Source: an uncultured Gemmatimonadaceae bacterium
GTDB lineage: Bacteria; Gemmatimonadota; Gemmatimonadetes; Gemmatimonadales; Gemmatimonadaceae
Length of the DNA: 64,000 nucleotides
Direction of reading: 5' to 3'
NCBI GenBank assembly: GCA_963829055.1
Contig: CAWHHI010000012.1
Span: forward strand, 224,001 to 288,000
Shown here: positions 40,991-54,988 of the stretch, piece by piece
Layout: each line of letters begins with the position of its first letter
How positions within the stretch are numbered: position 1 is the stretch's first letter
The notes under the pieces: model-generated
Database searches by the model: none
Seen by the model: the letters and a program-made list of their open reading frames with translations, nothing else
What the model was told of the DNA's origin: nothing
Position numbers and translations under genes: made by a program

Positions 40991-42583
40991 ATGGCGTTTC
41001 GGCTCGTCAGTCCAGACGGCGATCAGGTGTTCGAGCTGCGCCGCGGAGCGGCGTTGACGGTGGGACGCGCGCTCACGAGCGACGTCCCACTGCTCGACCC
41101 CACCGTATCCCGCCGGCACGCGTCGCTCGTCGCGGACGAGGCGGGCATCGAGCTCAACGACCTCGGCTCGAGCAACGGCACGTTCGTGAACGGCGCGCGC
41201 GTGGAGCACGCGCGCGTGTCTCCGGGCGACGTGCTGACGTTTGGCAAGCTGTCGTTCAACGTCAATCAGATCGAAGCGTCGGAGAACGGAGGTGACGGGC
41301 ACAGCTCGCGCTTCGCGCCAACCATCGTGCGGCAACGCGCGGTGCCTGACGCGCAACAGGCATTCGCCGACGCGTTGCGAGCGAGCGGCTCGCAGGCGGT
41401 GGTGGACGAGACGGCCATCGTCCTGTCCGAAGAGCAACGCATTCGTCAGAAGCTCGCGTTGCTGCTCGAGGTGTCGAAGGCGCTCACGCGCGCGCCGGAT
41501 GTCGTCACGCTGCTCGAGAAGATCGCCGAGATGGTGTTCCAGATCCTGGACGTCGATCGTTTCTCGATCCTTCTCCTCGACGAATCGGGCGACCTCATTC
41601 CCAGCATTGCCCGCGACAGGAGCGGCGCAAATCTTGGACGGACAGTGCCGCTGTCCATCGCTCGAAAGGCCATCGAGGAGAAGATCGCGATTCTGTCCGA
41701 CAACGCGCCGGAAGATCTGCGCTTCGCGGGCCAGTCGATCGTGCATCAGCAGGTCCGGTCCGCGGTCTGCGCACCGCTGATCGGGACCGAGAGCCGCGTG
41801 GTGGGCGTGCTGTACGTCGACAGCCTGACGAGCGCCCATCGCTTCAACGAGGATGACCTCGACTTCGTGGTCGCGTTCTCCGGCATCGTCGCCGTCGCAA
41901 TCGAGAACAGCCGCTTCGCCGAGCGTATCCGGCACGAGACGGTCGTGCGCAGCAACTTCGAGCGGTTCTTCAGCCCTGGGATGGCCGCGCGGATCGCCGG
42001 ATCGCCGGACGCCATCGCGTTAGGTGGCGAGCGACGATCCGTGGCCGTGTTGTTCGCGGACATCCGCAACTTCACGCCGCTCTCGGCCACCATGAGCCCG
42101 GATCAGACGGCACTGCTGCTGACGGAGTTCTTCACCGAGATGGTCGAGTGCGTGTTCAAGCACGGCGGTACGCTCGACAAGTTCATCGGCGATGCGGTCA
42201 TGGCCCAGTGGGGCGCGCCCATCACCGAGCTGGATGACGCCGATCGCGCGCTCGACGCGGCCGTCGACATGATGCGGTCGCTCGACGGTCTCAACATCCG
42301 CTGGCGCGAGCAGAAGCGTCCCGAGCTTCAGGTGGGGATCGGTCTCAATTACGGCGAAGCGTTCGCCGGTAACATCGGGTCGGAACGGCGACTGGAGTTC
42401 ACGGTCATCGGCGACACGGTGAACACCGCGAGCCGGTTGTGCGCGTGGGCCGAGGGTGGCGAGATCCTGCTGTCGCAGGCGTTCCGAGAGGCGCTCACGC
42501 GTCCGCACCCGCTCGTCGAGCGAACGCCGCTGTCGCTTCGTGGAAAGACCGAGCCGGTGGTCGTCTACCGAGCTCTCGCCTGA
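40991..42583 (+). CDS. FHA-GAF-class III adenylate cyclase
   Basis: FHA (VGR, VSRRHA, SSNGTFVNG), GAF (SAVCAPL, GVLYVDS), cyclase (FADIRNFT, DKFIGDAVM, TVIGDTVNTASRL). Confidence 0.9.
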   Translation: MAFRLVSPDGDQVFELRRGAALTVGRALTSDVPLLDPTVSRRHASLVADEAGIELNDLGSSNGTFVNGARVEHARVSPGDVLTFGKLSFNVNQIEASENGGDGHSSRFAPTIVRQRAVPDAQQAFADALRASGSQAVVDETAIVLSEEQRIRQKLALLLEVSKALTRAPDVVTLLEKIAEMVFQILDVDRFSILLLDESGDLIPSIARDRSGANLGRTVPLSIARKAIEEKIAILSDNAPEDLRFAGQSIVHQQVRSAVCAPLIGTESRVVGVLYVDSLTSAHRFNEDDLDFVVAFSGIVAVAIENSRFAERIRHETVVRSNFERFFSPGMAARIAGSPDAIALGGERRSVAVLFADIRNFTPLSATMSPDQTALLLTEFFTEMVECVFKHGGTLDKFIGDAVMAQWGAPITELDDADRALDAAVDMMRSLDGLNIRWREQKRPELQVGIGLNYGEAFAGNIGSERRLEFTVIGDTVNTASRLCAWAEGGEILLSQAFREALTRPHPLVERTPLSLRGKTEPVVVYRALA

Positions 42584-42587
42584 CCGC

Positions 42588-43356
42588 ATGACGCAGGCAC
42601 CCGCCGGCTACACGCGGTTCGTGCTCTCCGGCGCCGACGTCGTCGCGCTCGGCACCTGCGCGGACGCCGTTAGGCACGCGATCGGCGAGCGATCGCTGTA
42701 CGCGTACGCGGCCGCGCACCCGGCGCGACGCGAGTTGCGTGGCCGCGGCGCCGCCTACGCGGTTCCCCTCCCCGACGGTCAGACGCGCGTCGTCGTGCGA
42801 CATTCCCGCCACGGCGGCTTGCTCGCTCCCGTCACCGGCGATCGTTTCCTGCCACCGACGCGGGCGCCTCACGAGTTGAAAACGGCGCTGCGGCTCACCG
42901 ACTCGGGCGTCGCCACGCCGGAGGTGATCGCGTATGCCACGTATCCAGCCGGCACGCTCCTGCGGCGCAGCGACGTGGCCACCCGCGAGGTCGTCGGGGG
43001 ATCGGACCTGGGCGCCGTGCTGGCTGGCGGCGATGCCGCCGGACGCGCGTGCATCGGTCTGGACCGCGACGGCGGAGCTGCTGCACGCGCTCGAGCGTGC
43101 CGGCGCGCGGCATCCGGATCTGAACGTCGGGAACGTACTCATCGTCGAGAATGGCGACGGATCGCGCCGAGCACTCGTCCTCGACGTCGATCGAATGGTG
43201 TTCGGGCGCGCGAACGACCGTCGAATCGGCGCGGCGAACATCGCGCGCCTCGTGCGCTCGCTGCGGAAGCTCCGCTCGCAGAGGCGCCTAACGGTCACCG
43301 ACGACGAGATGGAGAAGCTCGCGGTGCTCGCGACGAAACGAGGTAACCAGGAGTGA
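42588..43356 (+). CDS. Kdo/LPS kinase family protein (apparent frameshift near 43050)
   Basis: GRG, VRHSRHGG, RAPHE, HPDLNVGNVL, VLDVDR, ANIARLVRSLRK; upstream of a GT9 gene. Confidence 0.8.
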
Positions 43357-44416
43357 CGCGGGAAACGCGCGCAACGCCGGCGCTCGAGCGCATCTGCATC
43401 GTGATGATGAGCGCAGTCGGCGATGCCGTTCACGTGCTGCCGGTCATCAACGCGCTCAAGCGCCACCGCCCATCGTCGCACATCACGTGGGTCCTTCAGC
43501 CTGGTCCGGCGACGCTCGTGCGCGGTCACCCCGCGATCGATGACATCATCCTGTTCGATCGGTCGAAGGGGATTCGGGCGTTCCTCGACGTTCGGCAGCG
43601 CACTCGCCACGCGGCGGTTCGACGTCGTGCTCGCACTGCAGGTCTACTTCAAGGCCGGCGTCGTGACGAGCTTCACGCACGCCGACGTGAAGCTCGGATT
43701 CGATCGTGCGCGGGCGCGCGATTTCAACTGGGCCTTTACCAATCGCAAGATCCCGCCGCACCACGCCGGCCAACACGTGCAGGATCAGTACTTCGAGTTT
43801 CTCACTGCGCTCGGCGTCCCGCACGAACCGGTGACGTGGAACCTCGGGCCGTGGCCGCTCGGAGCGCGCGTGGCAGCGTGACTTCTTCGCGCCGCTCACG
43901 CGCCCCGTTGCCGCCATCGTTGTCGCCACGAGCAAGCCGCAGAAAGACTGGCTCCCGGAGCGATGGGCCGAGGTGGTGGACGAGCTGTACGAAGCGCACG
44001 GGCTTCAGCCGGTTCTGGTCGGCGGCCGGTCGCCGCGCGAGGTCCACGCCGAGTCGGTGATCATGGAGCGGGCGCGCCACAAACCCGTGTCGGCGTTGGG
44101 CAGCGGCCTGCGCAATCTCGTGGGCATTCTGGACGGCGCCGCACTCGTACTCGCGCCGGACACGGGTCCGCTGCACATGGCCGTCGCACTCGACCGGCCC
44201 GTCGTTAGTCTGATCGGCTACACGAACCCGAAACGCACCGGGCCGTACCGACGCTTCCACGATCTCATTGTCGATGCGTACGGTGATCCCGGCGAGGACT
44301 ACCCGCTGTCGATGGAGACGCGCCTCGACCGCATGCCACGCATCACGGTACGCGACGTCATGGCGAAGGTCGAGCTGTGGCGGGCGCGTTATGCATCGCT
44401 GACGCTGACTCGGTGA
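43353..44416 (+). CDS. GT9 family LPS heptosyltransferase (apparent frameshifts near 43595 and 43860)
   Basis: SAVGDAVHVLP, FDVVLALQ, KDWLPERW, PDTGPLHMAVA, spread over three frames. Confidence 0.82.
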
Positions 44417-45016
44417 TCGGCCCGAACCGATACTCGACCCCGAGCTGCGCCATGAGCCGCACCATCAGGCCTAACGCGAGCCCCATCACGGCGAAATAGT
44501 CGCCGTCCACGCGCTCGACGATCGTCGCGCCGAATCCCTGAATGCCGTACGCGCCCGCCTTGTCCATCGGTTCGCGCGTCGCGATGTAGCGCGTGATGTC
44601 ATCGTCGGTCAGGCGTCGGAACGTGACATCCACCGACTCGACGCCCGAAACGAGTCGACCGCCCCGTGCCACGGCGACTGCGGTGAGCACCACATGCGTG
44701 CGCCCGGACAACCGACGCAGCATCACCGCGGCGTCGCGCTCGTCACGCGGCTTTCCGAGAATGTCGCCGTCGACGACGACGATCGTGTCCGCACCGATGA
44801 CCACCGCATCGTGTTCGAGCTCCGCGACCGCGGTCGTTTTCTCGCGCGCGAGACGTTCGGCGTGCGCGCCGAGGTATTTCGCCCGCGTAAGCGCGTCTCG
44901 TCGATGTCGGCAGCGCGTACGGCATGTCGGACACCAATCAGCGTCAGGAGCTCGCGACGCCTTGGCGAGGATGACGCGAGGACGACTCGTGGACCGCTCA
45001 GCGGTTGCTCAGTCAT
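44358..45016 (-). CDS. maf: Maf family nucleotide pyrophosphatase (apparent frameshift near 44885)
   Basis: [34 protein letters not shown]. Confidence 0.88.
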
Positions 45017-45464
45017 CGCTCGAGCCACAACGTGACCGGTCCATCGTTCACGAGCTCCACATCCATCATGGCGCCGAACTCTCCGGTTTCCACGTGAAGA
45101 CCGCCGGAACGAAGCAATGCGATGAAACGCTCGTACAGCGGAATCGCCAGCTCCGGCCGCGCGGCGTCGATGAAGCTCGGGCGCCTCCCCTTCCGCGAGT
45201 CCCCGTAGAGCGTGAACTGCGAGACCACGAGTACCGACCCAGCGACGTCCGCGAGCGCTAGGTTCATCTTGTCCTCCGCATCCGCGAACAGGCGGAGACC
45301 TGTTACCTTCTCCGCCATCCACGTGCAATGGTCGTCGGTGTCGGTGGCGGTGAATCCCACGAGCAGTACGTACCCGCGCTCGATTCGACCGCTGACGCGT
45401 GGCGCGCTGCGGTCTCACGAATCCGGACTTCGGCCCTGCTCACACGTTGCAAGAGCACACGCAT
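45013..45464 (-). CDS. dtd: D-aminoacyl-tRNA deacylase (apparent frameshift(s) near 45380-45405)
   Basis: [36 protein letters not shown]. Confidence 0.9.
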
Positions 45465-45784
45465 ACGGTCTCGCCCTTCTGGTCCTGTGCAGCATCTTTG
45501 TGTCCTGGAACCGCAACGCAAAACGGCCCGGGTGCCGGATTCCGCTCCTCCCCCGGCGGCCCGAATACTGCTTGCGACGCCAGTAGCTCGCCATTCCGAC
45601 ACTCGGGAAATTGGGGAGATGTCGCCCGAGGTGGCCACGCTTTCGCGATGCTCTCGCGCATGGCTGTACCATGAGAGCGCCCCGTTAGCCTACCAGGACA
45701 CAGAGTCCGCCCTTCAGGACGAGACCAGCGAGCTCTATGGCGCACGGCGGCGATTGGGTGGCTAGCAACATCGACGGGGAGGCG

Positions 45785-47207
45785 ATGGCCGAGGCGGCGG
45801 CGCACACGCCTGGTGCCCCCGCCCGCGACGGTGTTGCCACGCCGCCGTCCACCTCAGAGGCCGGGCCGTTCAAGACATCCCGGTTGTCATCGAGTGACCT
45901 GGCGCGCCTCATCGTGCGCGGCGGTGTCTGGTCGCTCATCATTTCCGCGAGCGGCGCGGCGCTCTCGCTCGGCGTCCATCTCATACTGGCGCGCGTACTT
46001 GGAAGCGAAGAATACGGACGCTACGTGTTCGCGCTCGCGTGGATGAACGTCCTGTTGCTGGTAGGAAAATTCGAGCTCGACACGGCGTCGGTTCGGTTCG
46101 TGGGCGCGTATTCGGGAACCGATCAATGGGCGTTTCTGCGCGGGTTCCTCACTCGAAGCTCCCAGATCGTCTTCCTCATGTCGGTCGGGATCATGCTGGC
46201 CAGCGCGGTGCTGATCGGCGTACTGATGGGCCAATTCGAGCGCGGTACAGCCCTCAGCTTTCTCGCGGCGAGCCTGCTCCTCCCCGTGTCGGCCATGGGG
46301 CAGCTCAAGGCCAGCGCACTCCAGGGATTCAAGCACGTCGTGCGCTCGCAGGCGCCGAGCATGGTCGTTCGGCCGGTGGTATTCGTTCTCGGCATTGTTG
46401 TCTTGCACTATGGCTTCCAGCGCTCCGTGAGCGCTCCTGTTGCCATTCTCCTACAATTTGCCGCAACGACTGTTGCGCTGGTTCTGACGATCTGGTTTCT
46501 CCAGACCGTGATGCCGGATCGCCTGCGGCAGGCGACTGAAGCGTTCGACACGCGCTATTGGATGAAGACGGCCGCGGGACTGCTCGTCATCTCCGGTGGG
46601 CAGACCATCCTCTCTACAAACGCGGACGTCCTGGTCGTGGGGAGCTTGCTCGGTCCCGAGCTCGCCGGGCGCTACGGGGCCGCGAGCCAGCTCGCATCCG
46701 CGGTGAGCTTTGGCGTGTCGGCGATCTCGTTCATCGCCTTGCCCTTCATTGCCGACCTGTACGCGCGTCAGGCAATGGGGCAACTGCAAGCGTTGATCAG
46801 CCACGTCGCGCGGCTGGCGTTGATCCTGTCGGTACCGGTGCTCGTCGTGCTCGTCGTCGGTGCGCGACCCGTGATGTCGGCATTCGGGCCCGTCGTTCGC
46901 CGACGCATCATGGCTCCTCGTACTGCTCGGATTCGACCAGCTGATCGGCGCGCTGTTCGGCATCGCCGGATATCTGCTGGTCATGACGGGCCATCAGGTC
47001 ACAGCCGCGCGCGTCATCGTCGGCTGCGCGGTTCTCAACCTGCTCCTGACGTTCGTGCTCACGCCGTGGCTCGGCACCATGGGCGCCGGCCTGGCAACGA
47101 CGCTCACGACACTCGCCCGGTGCTATCTCCTCGTGACGCGGATGCGCTCGGCGCTCGGCCTGAGCCTGTCGCCGTGGGCATCCCGAACAGCGGCGCCCGC
47201 TGCGTAG
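45785..47207 (+). CDS. MOP/Wzx-type oligosaccharide flippase (apparent frameshift near 46893)
   Basis: LARVLGSEEYG, many TM helices, AGRYGAASQLA, LTPWLGTMGAGLAT. Confidence 0.8.
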
Positions 47208-47262
47208 TCCCGTGGCGCCGTCCGCCTAACGGTGGACGGGCGCCATGCCGCGCGATATCGCG

Positions 47263-49089
<1,827 letters not shown>

Positions 49090-49110
49090 GGTACGTTGAG
49101 CTAGAGTGAC

Positions 49111-50481
49111 TCAGGCAGTGAGCGCATCGAGCGGTTCGCGCGAGCGCGCGACGAGTGCACGCGCCGCGTCCACCGACGGCGCCTCGGCAATGACGCGCAC
49201 GATTGGTTCCGTTCCTGACGGGCGGATGTGGACCCAGCTGTCCGGCCAGGACAGTCGAAGTCCGTCCTGCGTGTCGACGTGTGCCCCGGTAAATGTCTTC
49301 CGTAGTGCTTCGTACACCGCATCCAGCGCGACGGGTGGACGATCGAGCTTGTCCTTCACGATCGCGTAACGCGGGTACTGAGAGACGATCTCCGACAGCG
49401 TTTCTTCACCTTCCGACAGCAACTGCAGCACCAGCGCGGCGGCCAACGGCGCATCCCGCCCAAGGTGCAACTCGGGCAGGATCACGCCACCGTTGCCCTC
49501 GCCACCGACAACGGCCTTCTCGTCGCGCATACGAATCGCGACGTTCACCTCGCCCACCGGCGCCCTGACGACTCGGCCGCCAGCCCTCGCCGCAATGTCG
49601 TCGACAATCCGACTCGTCGAGAGATTCGTTACAACCGTGCCCGGCCGCTGCGAGAGCACGACTCGGGCCGCAAGCGCGAGCGTGTAATCCTCGCCAATCG
49701 CGACCCCACCGTTGGCCACCAGCGCGAGTCGGTCGACGTCAGGGTCAACCGCGAAACCCACGTCCGCACCGGAGCTCGCGACGAGTCGCTCCAACTCCCC
49801 CAGGTTCTCCGGAACTGGTTCGGGCGGGCGTGGAAAGCGACCGTCCGGCTCGAGGTTAATGACCGTGACCTGGCAGCCCAGTCGTTCCAGCAGCGCCGGC
49901 ATGATCACCGCGCCGGCCCCTCGGCAGCAGTCCAGCGCCACCCGAAGCTTTCTCGCGCGAATGCGCGCCCCGTCGATCATCGGCAGCGCGAGAACGGCAT
50001 CGATGTGGCGCAACGGAGCTTCGTCGTCGGCTTCAACGAGGCCCAGCCGCTCCCAGGTCGCACGGGCGAACGGCTGACCGACCAGTGAACGCATGGCTGT
50101 CCCTTCGATCGCATCGAGGAACAGGCCCGTGGAGCCCACGAACTTGAGCGCGTTCCACTCGATCGGGTTGTGGCTGGCCGAGATCATGAGGCCGCCGCCA
50201 GCGTGATGGTGTTCGACAGCGAGCTGACAGGTTGGGGTCGTTGTAAGCCCCAGATCGATCACGCGGACGCCGACGGACTGGAGGGCGGCAATGACGCAGC
50301 GATGGAACATGGGGCCCGAGACGCGGCTGTCCCGACCGACCACGACCGGTTTCGTGCGGTCGGCCGCGGCCACCCAAGCCCCGAACGCTGAGGCATAGCT
50401 CGTTACGACTTCCGGAGTTAGGCCAGCACCAACGCGCCCGCGGATTCCCGAAACGCTCACCATCAACTGTTCAGCCGCCAT
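49111..50481 (-). CDS. glmM: Phosphohexomutase, probably phosphoglucosamine mutase
   Basis: SASHNP phosphoserine, DPDVDR, GGEGNGG, RPSGTEP; upstream of glmS. Confidence 0.82.
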   Translation of the reverse strand: MAAEQLMVSVSGIRGRVGAGLTPEVVTSYASAFGAWVAAADRTKPVVVGRDSRVSGPMFHRCVIAALQSVGVRVIDLGLTTTPTCQLAVEHHHAGGGLMISASHNPIEWNALKFVGSTGLFLDAIEGTAMRSLVGQPFARATWERLGLVEADDEAPLRHIDAVLALPMIDGARIRARKLRVALDCCRGAGAVIMPALLERLGCQVTVINLEPDGRFPRPPEPVPENLGELERLVASSGADVGFAVDPDVDRLALVANGGVAIGEDYTLALAARVVLSQRPGTVVTNLSTSRIVDDIAARAGGRVVRAPVGEVNVAIRMRDEKAVVGGEGNGGVILPELHLGRDAPLAAALVLQLLSEGEETLSEIVSQYPRYAIVKDKLDRPPVALDAVYEALRKTFTGAHVDTQDGLRLSWPDSWVHIRPSGTEPIVRVIAEAPSVDAARALVARSREPLDALTA

Positions 50482-50713
50482 TCGCCCTCCAATGCAATGT
50501 CGCAAAGGTAGTGGGCACCGGGGGGTGGGCAAGCGCGAATCCAAGCCACGTCCAGGTCGATTCCGGCCACGGTGACTGTGCTCCGCGTGTGTCGTCTCCA
50601 TCGAGCAGCTGGGCACGCCAGTAGCGTCGCCCATCGTCGCGTCACACCGGAGGAACGTCCTGTCTTCGTCGTCGCTCGGAGCGCGAGCGTCGCGACTCCC
50701 CTTTCGCTGGAAG

Positions 50714-52405
50714 ATGGCTGGGGTCAGCGCGGCCGCGGTGCTGCTCACGCTGATCGTCGTTCTCTTGCCAGTCTACACGCGCTCGCGCGACAACCTCGCG
50801 GAAGTGCATGGCCAGCGACTCGCCGCCATCGCGCGCAGCACGAGCGTGGCGATCTCGGCGGACTCGCTCGACGTCATCGCGCAGCCGGGCGGGCAGAACA
50901 CCGAAGCGTTCATCGCGACACGCGCGGCGCTGAAGCGGCTCTGGTCTGTCAACGGCGGTGACGTGAGCGAGCTGGCGAATGGGATCGCGGTCATCCGTCG
51001 CACCGGGAACGGGTACCGGTACCTTGCGCACTCCTCATGGAATGCCGGGCAACCGCAGTACACCACGGGCTGGCTTCCCCCCGACTCGCTGGTTGACGCA
51101 CTACGCGGCGGACGCGGCGGCGTGAGTCCGCTGGTACGTGATGACGCCGGTGAGCTGCTCACCGCCGCGGCACCCGTCAACCGCGCCGACGGCTCGGTCG
51201 CCGGTTTCGTGATCACCACCATGCGTGCGGACGTCTTCCTGAGCGAGATCCGGAGCACGCTCATCCGCTTCACGATCTATCCGCTGCTGGCGTTCCTCCT
51301 TCCCGTCGCGCTGTCCTTCTGGGCTGCGTCGCGCCTAACGCGCGGCATCGACGCCGTGGCCGCGCATGCGGACGCCGTCGCGCGTGGCGGGCTCCGCCGC
51401 GAGCTCGGCTTCACGTCGGGCGACGAAGTCGGGCGACTTGCGGATTCGGTCCGCCGGATGACGTCGAGCCTCCGCTCGCTCCTGCGCGACATCGACGGCG
51501 GTGCCGGCGAGGTCGCCGCGACGGCCGAGCAGCTCGCGTCAGGCGCGCAGCAGATGAGCGCCAGCACGGAGCAGGTTGCTGGGGCGGCGCACTCCATCGC
51601 GGAGTCCGTCGGCACGCAGACGCGCGGCATCGGCGCGGTGGCGGCCGGCTCATCACGTCTCGCCGAGCGTGCGTCACGTGTGGCCGACCACGCGCGCAGT
51701 GCTCAACGAGCGGGCGATTCTGTCGTGACATCCGCCCGTCGCGGGGCACAATCGGCGGCAGAGGCCCTCGAGAGCATGGCGTCGATCAGCGCCGTGACGA
51801 ACGAGGCGGTCCCGGTAGTCGCCGAGCTCGGCGAAAAGTCACAGAGGATCGGCAAGATGACCGACACGATTGGGGCGATCGCGCGTCAGACGAATCTCCT
51901 CGCGCTCAACGCCGCGATCGAGGCGGCGAGAGCTGGCGAGCACGGCAAGGGTTTCGCAGTCGTCGCGGATGAAGTGCGCAAGCTCGCCGGCGAGAGCGCA
52001 CGCGCGCTCGATACGATTCGCAAGCTCGCCGGCGAGATGCGCAGCGCTTCGCTCCGCACCGCGGAGCGCATCGCCCTCGTCAGCGATCGCGTGACGAACG
52101 GCGAGTCGGTCATTCGCACCTCGGCCGCATCGCTGACGCGCATCTCGACCGAGATCGAGAGCAGCCGCGACGCGATCGCGCTCATCGTCGATGCGAGCGA
52201 CGCGCAGCGCGAGGAAGCGGACGCGCTCGCCCGGGAGATCGAGGCGATTGCCGCGGTCGCCGACCAGAACGCGGCGACGTCGCAGGAAGTGAGTGCGGTC
52301 GTGCAGCAGCAGACCGCATCGATGACCCATGTCTCCGAATCCAGCCAACACCTGGCGGAGATCGCGAATCGCCTCAAAGGTGCGATGACGCGCTTCGAGC
52401 TATAA
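50714..52405 (+). CDS. Methyl-accepting chemotaxis protein (true start may be further upstream)
   Basis: Two TMs, HAMP (DEVGRLA), [34 protein letters not shown]. Confidence 0.93.
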   Translation: MAGVSAAAVLLTLIVVLLPVYTRSRDNLAEVHGQRLAAIARSTSVAISADSLDVIAQPGGQNTEAFIATRAALKRLWSVNGGDVSELANGIAVIRRTGNGYRYLAHSSWNAGQPQYTTGWLPPDSLVDALRGGRGGVSPLVRDDAGELLTAAAPVNRADGSVAGFVITTMRADVFLSEIRSTLIRFTIYPLLAFLLPVALSFWAASRLTRGIDAVAAHADAVARGGLRRELGFTSGDEVGRLADSVRRMTSSLRSLLRDIDGGAGEVAATAEQLASGAQQMSASTEQVAGAAHSIAESVGTQTRGIGAVAAGSSRLAERASRVADHARSAQRAGDSVVTSARRGAQSAAEALESMASISAVTNEAVPVVAELGEKSQRIGKMTDTIGAIARQTNLLALNAAIEAARAGEHGKGFAVVADEVRKLAGESARALDTIRKLAGEMRSASLRTAERIALVSDRVTNGESVIRTSAASLTRISTEIESSRDAIALIVDASDAQREEADALAREIEAIAAVADQNAATSQEVSAVVQQQTASMTHVSESSQHLAEIANRLKGAMTRFEL

Positions 52406-52416
52406 GCTTCTCGGCC

Positions 52417-53887
52417 GTGAGTGATCCTCTCGGCCTCCTCCCAATTGCTGTTGCCGCCGGCGGCGGACACGTCGACGGTTTCGAAGCGCAGCAACTCGTC
52501 GCGGCAGGGCTTACCCTGCTCCAGCGATGCGCGCCACTCGTGCGCGCGTTGCAGCGTCGCCGCTCCGCGATTTTACTGCCGACGTCGCCCGCGTTCGTGA
52601 CGGCGCTCGCGGCTTCCGAAGGGCGTGGTGCGGTTCTCATCAACCCGCTCGCGTCCGCTCCCGAGGTGGCGTATCAGATCGCCGACGCGAGCGTCGGCGC
52701 GGTGTTCACGACCGCGGATCTCGCGCGCCGCGTACCCGATCACGTTCCCCGTGTGCTGCTCGACGACGCGCCGCGAACGGCGCGCTTCGTCGCGGACGCT
52801 GGCTCTCGCGACGTGGATCTCGGGTCGCATCACGGCCTGACGTTGGAAGGCGATGCGGACGCGGTCGGCGCGAAGGAGGAGGCGGCGATCGTCTACACGT
52901 CCGCGTTGGCCGGTACGTTGTTAGGCGCGTCACTGACGCATCACAACTTGCTCTCGAACGCGCGTGCCACCATGACCGCGGCGGCAATGACACGCGACAG
53001 CCACGCTCTCGCCGTCCTGCCCTTCGCTCACTTGTTCGGCCTCGTCGTATCGGGAGCGGCGCCGCTGTTGGCGGGCGGCCGCGTGACGACGATGGCCCGC
53101 TTCAACCCCGGACGCGCGATCGAGCTGCTGGAGAGCGAGTCGATCTCGGAGCTGGTCGCGGTGCCGTCCGTTTTCGCGGCTATCGTCGCACTCCTCGACC
53201 GACGGAACGCACCACTACGAGGCGAGCGCCTCCGGCTCTGCATCTGCGGCGGCGCGCCGCTCGACGTCGCACTCCAGGACCGGTGGTATGACGTGACGGG
53301 GACCGAGCTGCGACAGGGGTACGGTCTCACAGAAGCTGGGCCGGTCTGCCTGTTCAACCGTGTCGATCAGCCGAACCGGCGCGGCACGTTAGGCGTTCCC
53401 TTCCCCGGCGTCCGCGTTTCCGTCCGGGCGGATGCCGGCGGCGCGGAGCTACCGCCGGATGTCGAAGGTGAGATCTGCATCGCGGGACCTAACGTGTTCG
53501 CCGGCTACGTGAACGCGGCCGCCCACCCCGTCAGGCCGGACGATCCCTGGAGCGCGGGGTTGCGACCGCGATGGTGAGTGGCTCCGCACCGGGGACCGCG
53601 GTGTTCGGAACGGCGATGGCACCGTTTCGTTTCGCGGCGTGCTCAAGCCGATGTTCACGCGAAACGGGTTCAACGTCTACCCGCGGGAGCTGGAACGCGT
53701 GGTCGGGGCGATGCCGGGCGTGCGCAGCGTGCGCGTGATCCCAATTCCCGACCCGCTTCGCGAGAACGACATCACCCTCGAGATCGAGGGCGACGTCACG
53801 GAGGCGGACGTGAAGGCATGGTGTGACGTACAGCTCGCCGCGTACAAGCGACCGTCCGCCATCACCGTTCTCGCCAGCATCGCCTAA
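52417..53887 (+). CDS. AMP-binding (acyl-CoA synthetase-like) protein (apparent frameshift near 53570)
   Basis: LPFAHLFG, GGAP, GYGLTE, GEICIAGPNVFAGY, WLRTGD, GFNVYPRELE, AAYKRP. Confidence 0.8.
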
Positions 53888-53905
53888 CGCCGGACGACCT
53901 TCGGC

Positions 53906-54964
53906 TCAGTGGGCCAGGGCGCCGGTCGGCGACAGATCGATCGCGCCCGAGTCGAGCGCCTCGAAGAACGCCGCGACACAGATCGGGTCGAACTGTGTCC
54001 CGCTGCACCGTCGCAGCTCAGCCAGGGTGTCCTGGAGTGGAACTCCCGGGCGGTACGGGCGAACGCTGGTCATCGCGTCGAACGTATCGGCGACGGCCGC
54101 AATGCGAGCTTCGAGCGGAATCGCGTCTCCACTCATGCCATCGGGGATTCCGCTCCCATCGTACTTCTCGTGGTGCCAGCGCACGATGTTGAGCGCCATC
54201 GGCATGTCTCCGAGGAGTGGCGAGAGGATGCGCCAACCGACGATTGGATGCGTCATGATGTGGTCGTACTCGACGTCGGTCAGCGGGCCGGGCTTGTTCA
54301 ACACCGCTTCGCGGACGCCGATCTTGCCGATGTCGTGGACCCGTCCGCCAATCTCGATCTCGCGGAGCGCATCCGGGCTCATGCCGATCGCCTGAGCGAT
54401 CGCGACCGAATAGCGACTGACGCGTAACGAGTGGCCGTGCGTGTACGTGTCCTTGACTTCGAGCGCGTCGGCCAGCGATTGAATGCTGGCGAGAAAGAAC
54501 GCTTCCAGGCGGTGTGCCTGCTCCGCGACACGCGCTTCGAGACTCTGCTGATAGCCGCGGTTTTCGAGAATCAGTCGCCGCTTCTCGAGTGCCTGACGCA
54601 CTCGCGCTCGAACCTCGTCGAGGTGGAACGGCTTCGTCAGATAATCCATCGCGCCTACCGCCAGCGCGCTGACCGCGGTTGCCACATCTGCAACAGCGGT
54701 GATCATGATGATGGCCGTATCGGGGTGCCGCTCGCGAGCTTCGCGCAGCAGGCCCATCCCATCCAGCTCGGGCATGTGGAGATCCGACAGGAGCAGCGTC
54801 GGTCGCACACTCTCCAGCAGATCGAGTGCAACGCGGCCGTTGGGGGCCTCGTGACACGAGAACCCCTCCCCCTGCATGAGCCGCACGAGCACTCGGCGCA
54901 GGTGAGCCTCGTCGTCGGCGACTACGCAGTGCAGCGCCGTTCCCGTCGAATTATCTTGACCCAT
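53906..54964 (-). CDS. Response regulator with HD-GYP phosphodiesterase domain (RpfG-like)
   Basis: REC (ADDE, DLHMP, TKPF), HDIGKIG, HHEKYDGSGIP, DTFDAMTSVRPYR. Confidence 0.9.
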   Translation of the reverse strand: MGQDNSTGTALHCVVADDEAHLRRVLVRLMQGEGFSCHEAPNGRVALDLLESVRPTLLLSDLHMPELDGMGLLREARERHPDTAIIMITAVADVATAVSALAVGAMDYLTKPFHLDEVRARVRQALEKRRLILENRGYQQSLEARVAEQAHRLEAFFLASIQSLADALEVKDTYTHGHSLRVSRYSVAIAQAIGMSPDALREIEIGGRVHDIGKIGVREAVLNKPGPLTDVEYDHIMTHPIVGWRILSPLLGDMPMALNIVRWHHEKYDGSGIPDGMSGDAIPLEARIAAVADTFDAMTSVRPYRPGVPLQDTLAELRRCSGTQFDPICVAAFFEALDSGAIDLSPTGALAH

Positions 54965-54988
54965 TCACCACCCGGACAGAGCAAACGA

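Noticed and set aside
35617..41935. Long antisense ORFs (35617..37176, 40376..41935; also 4129..5334, 13667..14872)
   Set aside because: They lie opposite clearly identified genes; high-GC codon usage suppresses antisense stops
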